DNA of 63,884 bases, counting the filler, from Octopus bimaculoides (Eukaryota): NCBI RefSeq assembly GCF_001194135.2. It is 6 parts of 5 records of this genome, joined end to end, with 100 filler letters (N's around TTAATTAATTAA, not from the genome) between each part and the next. Parts side by side here need not be neighbours in the genome. Positions count along the whole stretch, not along the records: positions 61,608 to 63,884 come from NC_069005.1; 5 more parts are not named here. One strand, 5' to 3'. The notes below the pieces were generated by a model, which was not told where the DNA came from, made no database searches, and saw nothing but the letters and a program-made list of their open reading frames with translations. The translations under genes and the position numbers were made by a program. The first letter of the stretch is position 1. Each line of letters starts with the position of its first letter. Positions 62,891 to 63,884 of this stretch are shown here, piece after piece.

Positions 62891-63884
62891 TAGCTTGACA
62901 ATAATAATAATAATAATCAGGAAAGCAAATGTAAAGCTATAACTATAATCCAATCCAAGCCCAGCATAGCAGCAGTACTAAATATATAGACTGCACCAAC
63001 TCCAAGAATAATGTTAAAAAAAATAAATAAATTTGGGTTAGTTCTAAGCTATAGGGATAGAACAGGAAGTGGCGGTGACATTTTAGTAATTTAATTTAAA
63101 AAGATATTTAAAAATAAAGTAAAAAAAAAAAGGTAAAAACAGCAGCAGCAGCAACAACAATAAAAAAGAAAATATATGGGAAGTGGTAGGGTTTAGGGCT
63201 CAGATGCAATTTATAAGAGAGATAGATAGCTTCTGTTGGAAAGCAAAACAGAAATGCTTGATTTGAAATAAAGCAGTTTCTTTTTCATTTATTTAAAAAA
63301 AAAAAAAATTTTCTTTTAAAGCAAAGTTTGTGACTAGTCAACTCCAGAACCTATGTCAGTACCAGAGATTGATTTCATGTTCTAAAGATAGTTGTAACAG
63401 CTAACTGTGGGTGGGGAAGGACACTAGTAGGGAGGAAAGAAAGAGAGAGAGAGAGGGGGGCTCACTCCCTGACAGACTAACACCCTAATGCTAAAGAGAA
63501 AAGAAATAGTGCCATAAAAGATGTTTGGTGGTGCAGGGATGGTGATTAGAGAAAAGACTCAATATCACAATGACCAACACTTAAGAAAAAAAAAATGTGG
63601 CAGGGACCTTAAGGATCTTACAAAACTTTTTTTTTTTCTTTTTAATTGATGATCATGTTAAAAAAAAAAATGGTGTGAAACTATGAAAATTATTTCACCC
63701 ACACCTCTTCTCAAAATAAATATTTAAGAAAACAATGTTGCTTCGTAGTAGCAAAAGAGATAAGGAAACCTTCTCAAACTATTTATACGTACAGGTTTGG
63801 TTCATTTTGTGGTACAAAAAACACATTAAAGTATTCAATACACCCTTGTTTTAGGACTGTGTAGAGCCTAATATGTGTTTTATT

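Overview
AT-rich, microsatellite- and gap-riddled animal genomic DNA. The SINE and repeat repertoire looks cephalopod (Octopus-like); this is inferred from recognised repeat families, not checked by a search. Five identical 100-bp N44-TTAATTAATTAA-N44 spacers show the window is a concatenation of at least six scaffold pieces. The only recognisable host coding region is a ~410-codon minus-strand ORF/exon (48533-47301) whose ankyrin repeats match the ANKLE1/LEM-3 N-terminus; no LEM or GIY-YIG exon was found. There is also one weak orphan exon (4276-4421). The rest is mostly decayed mobile DNA: three Penelope-like elements, two or three R4/Dong-like RLE retrotransposons, RTE LINEs, a Helitron Rep fragment, a maT (Tc1/mariner) transposase, a Gypsy 5' end with a tRNA-Leu PBS, an LTR-like unit, a Chapaev3 transposon with both termini and a second Chapaev-type MITE nested in it, and many tRNA-derived SINEs. 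The most unusual signals are: (i) a dispersed (TA)n-associated short element carrying a minimal hammerhead-ribozyme-like fold with a variant core; (ii) an 18S rRNA fragment joined tail-to-tail to a truncated SINE; (iii) a fold-back element just downstream of the ANKLE1-like ORF; (iv) a 22-bp-phased TGTAACGG array. Almost all other ORFs in the supplied track are microsatellite or gap artefacts.
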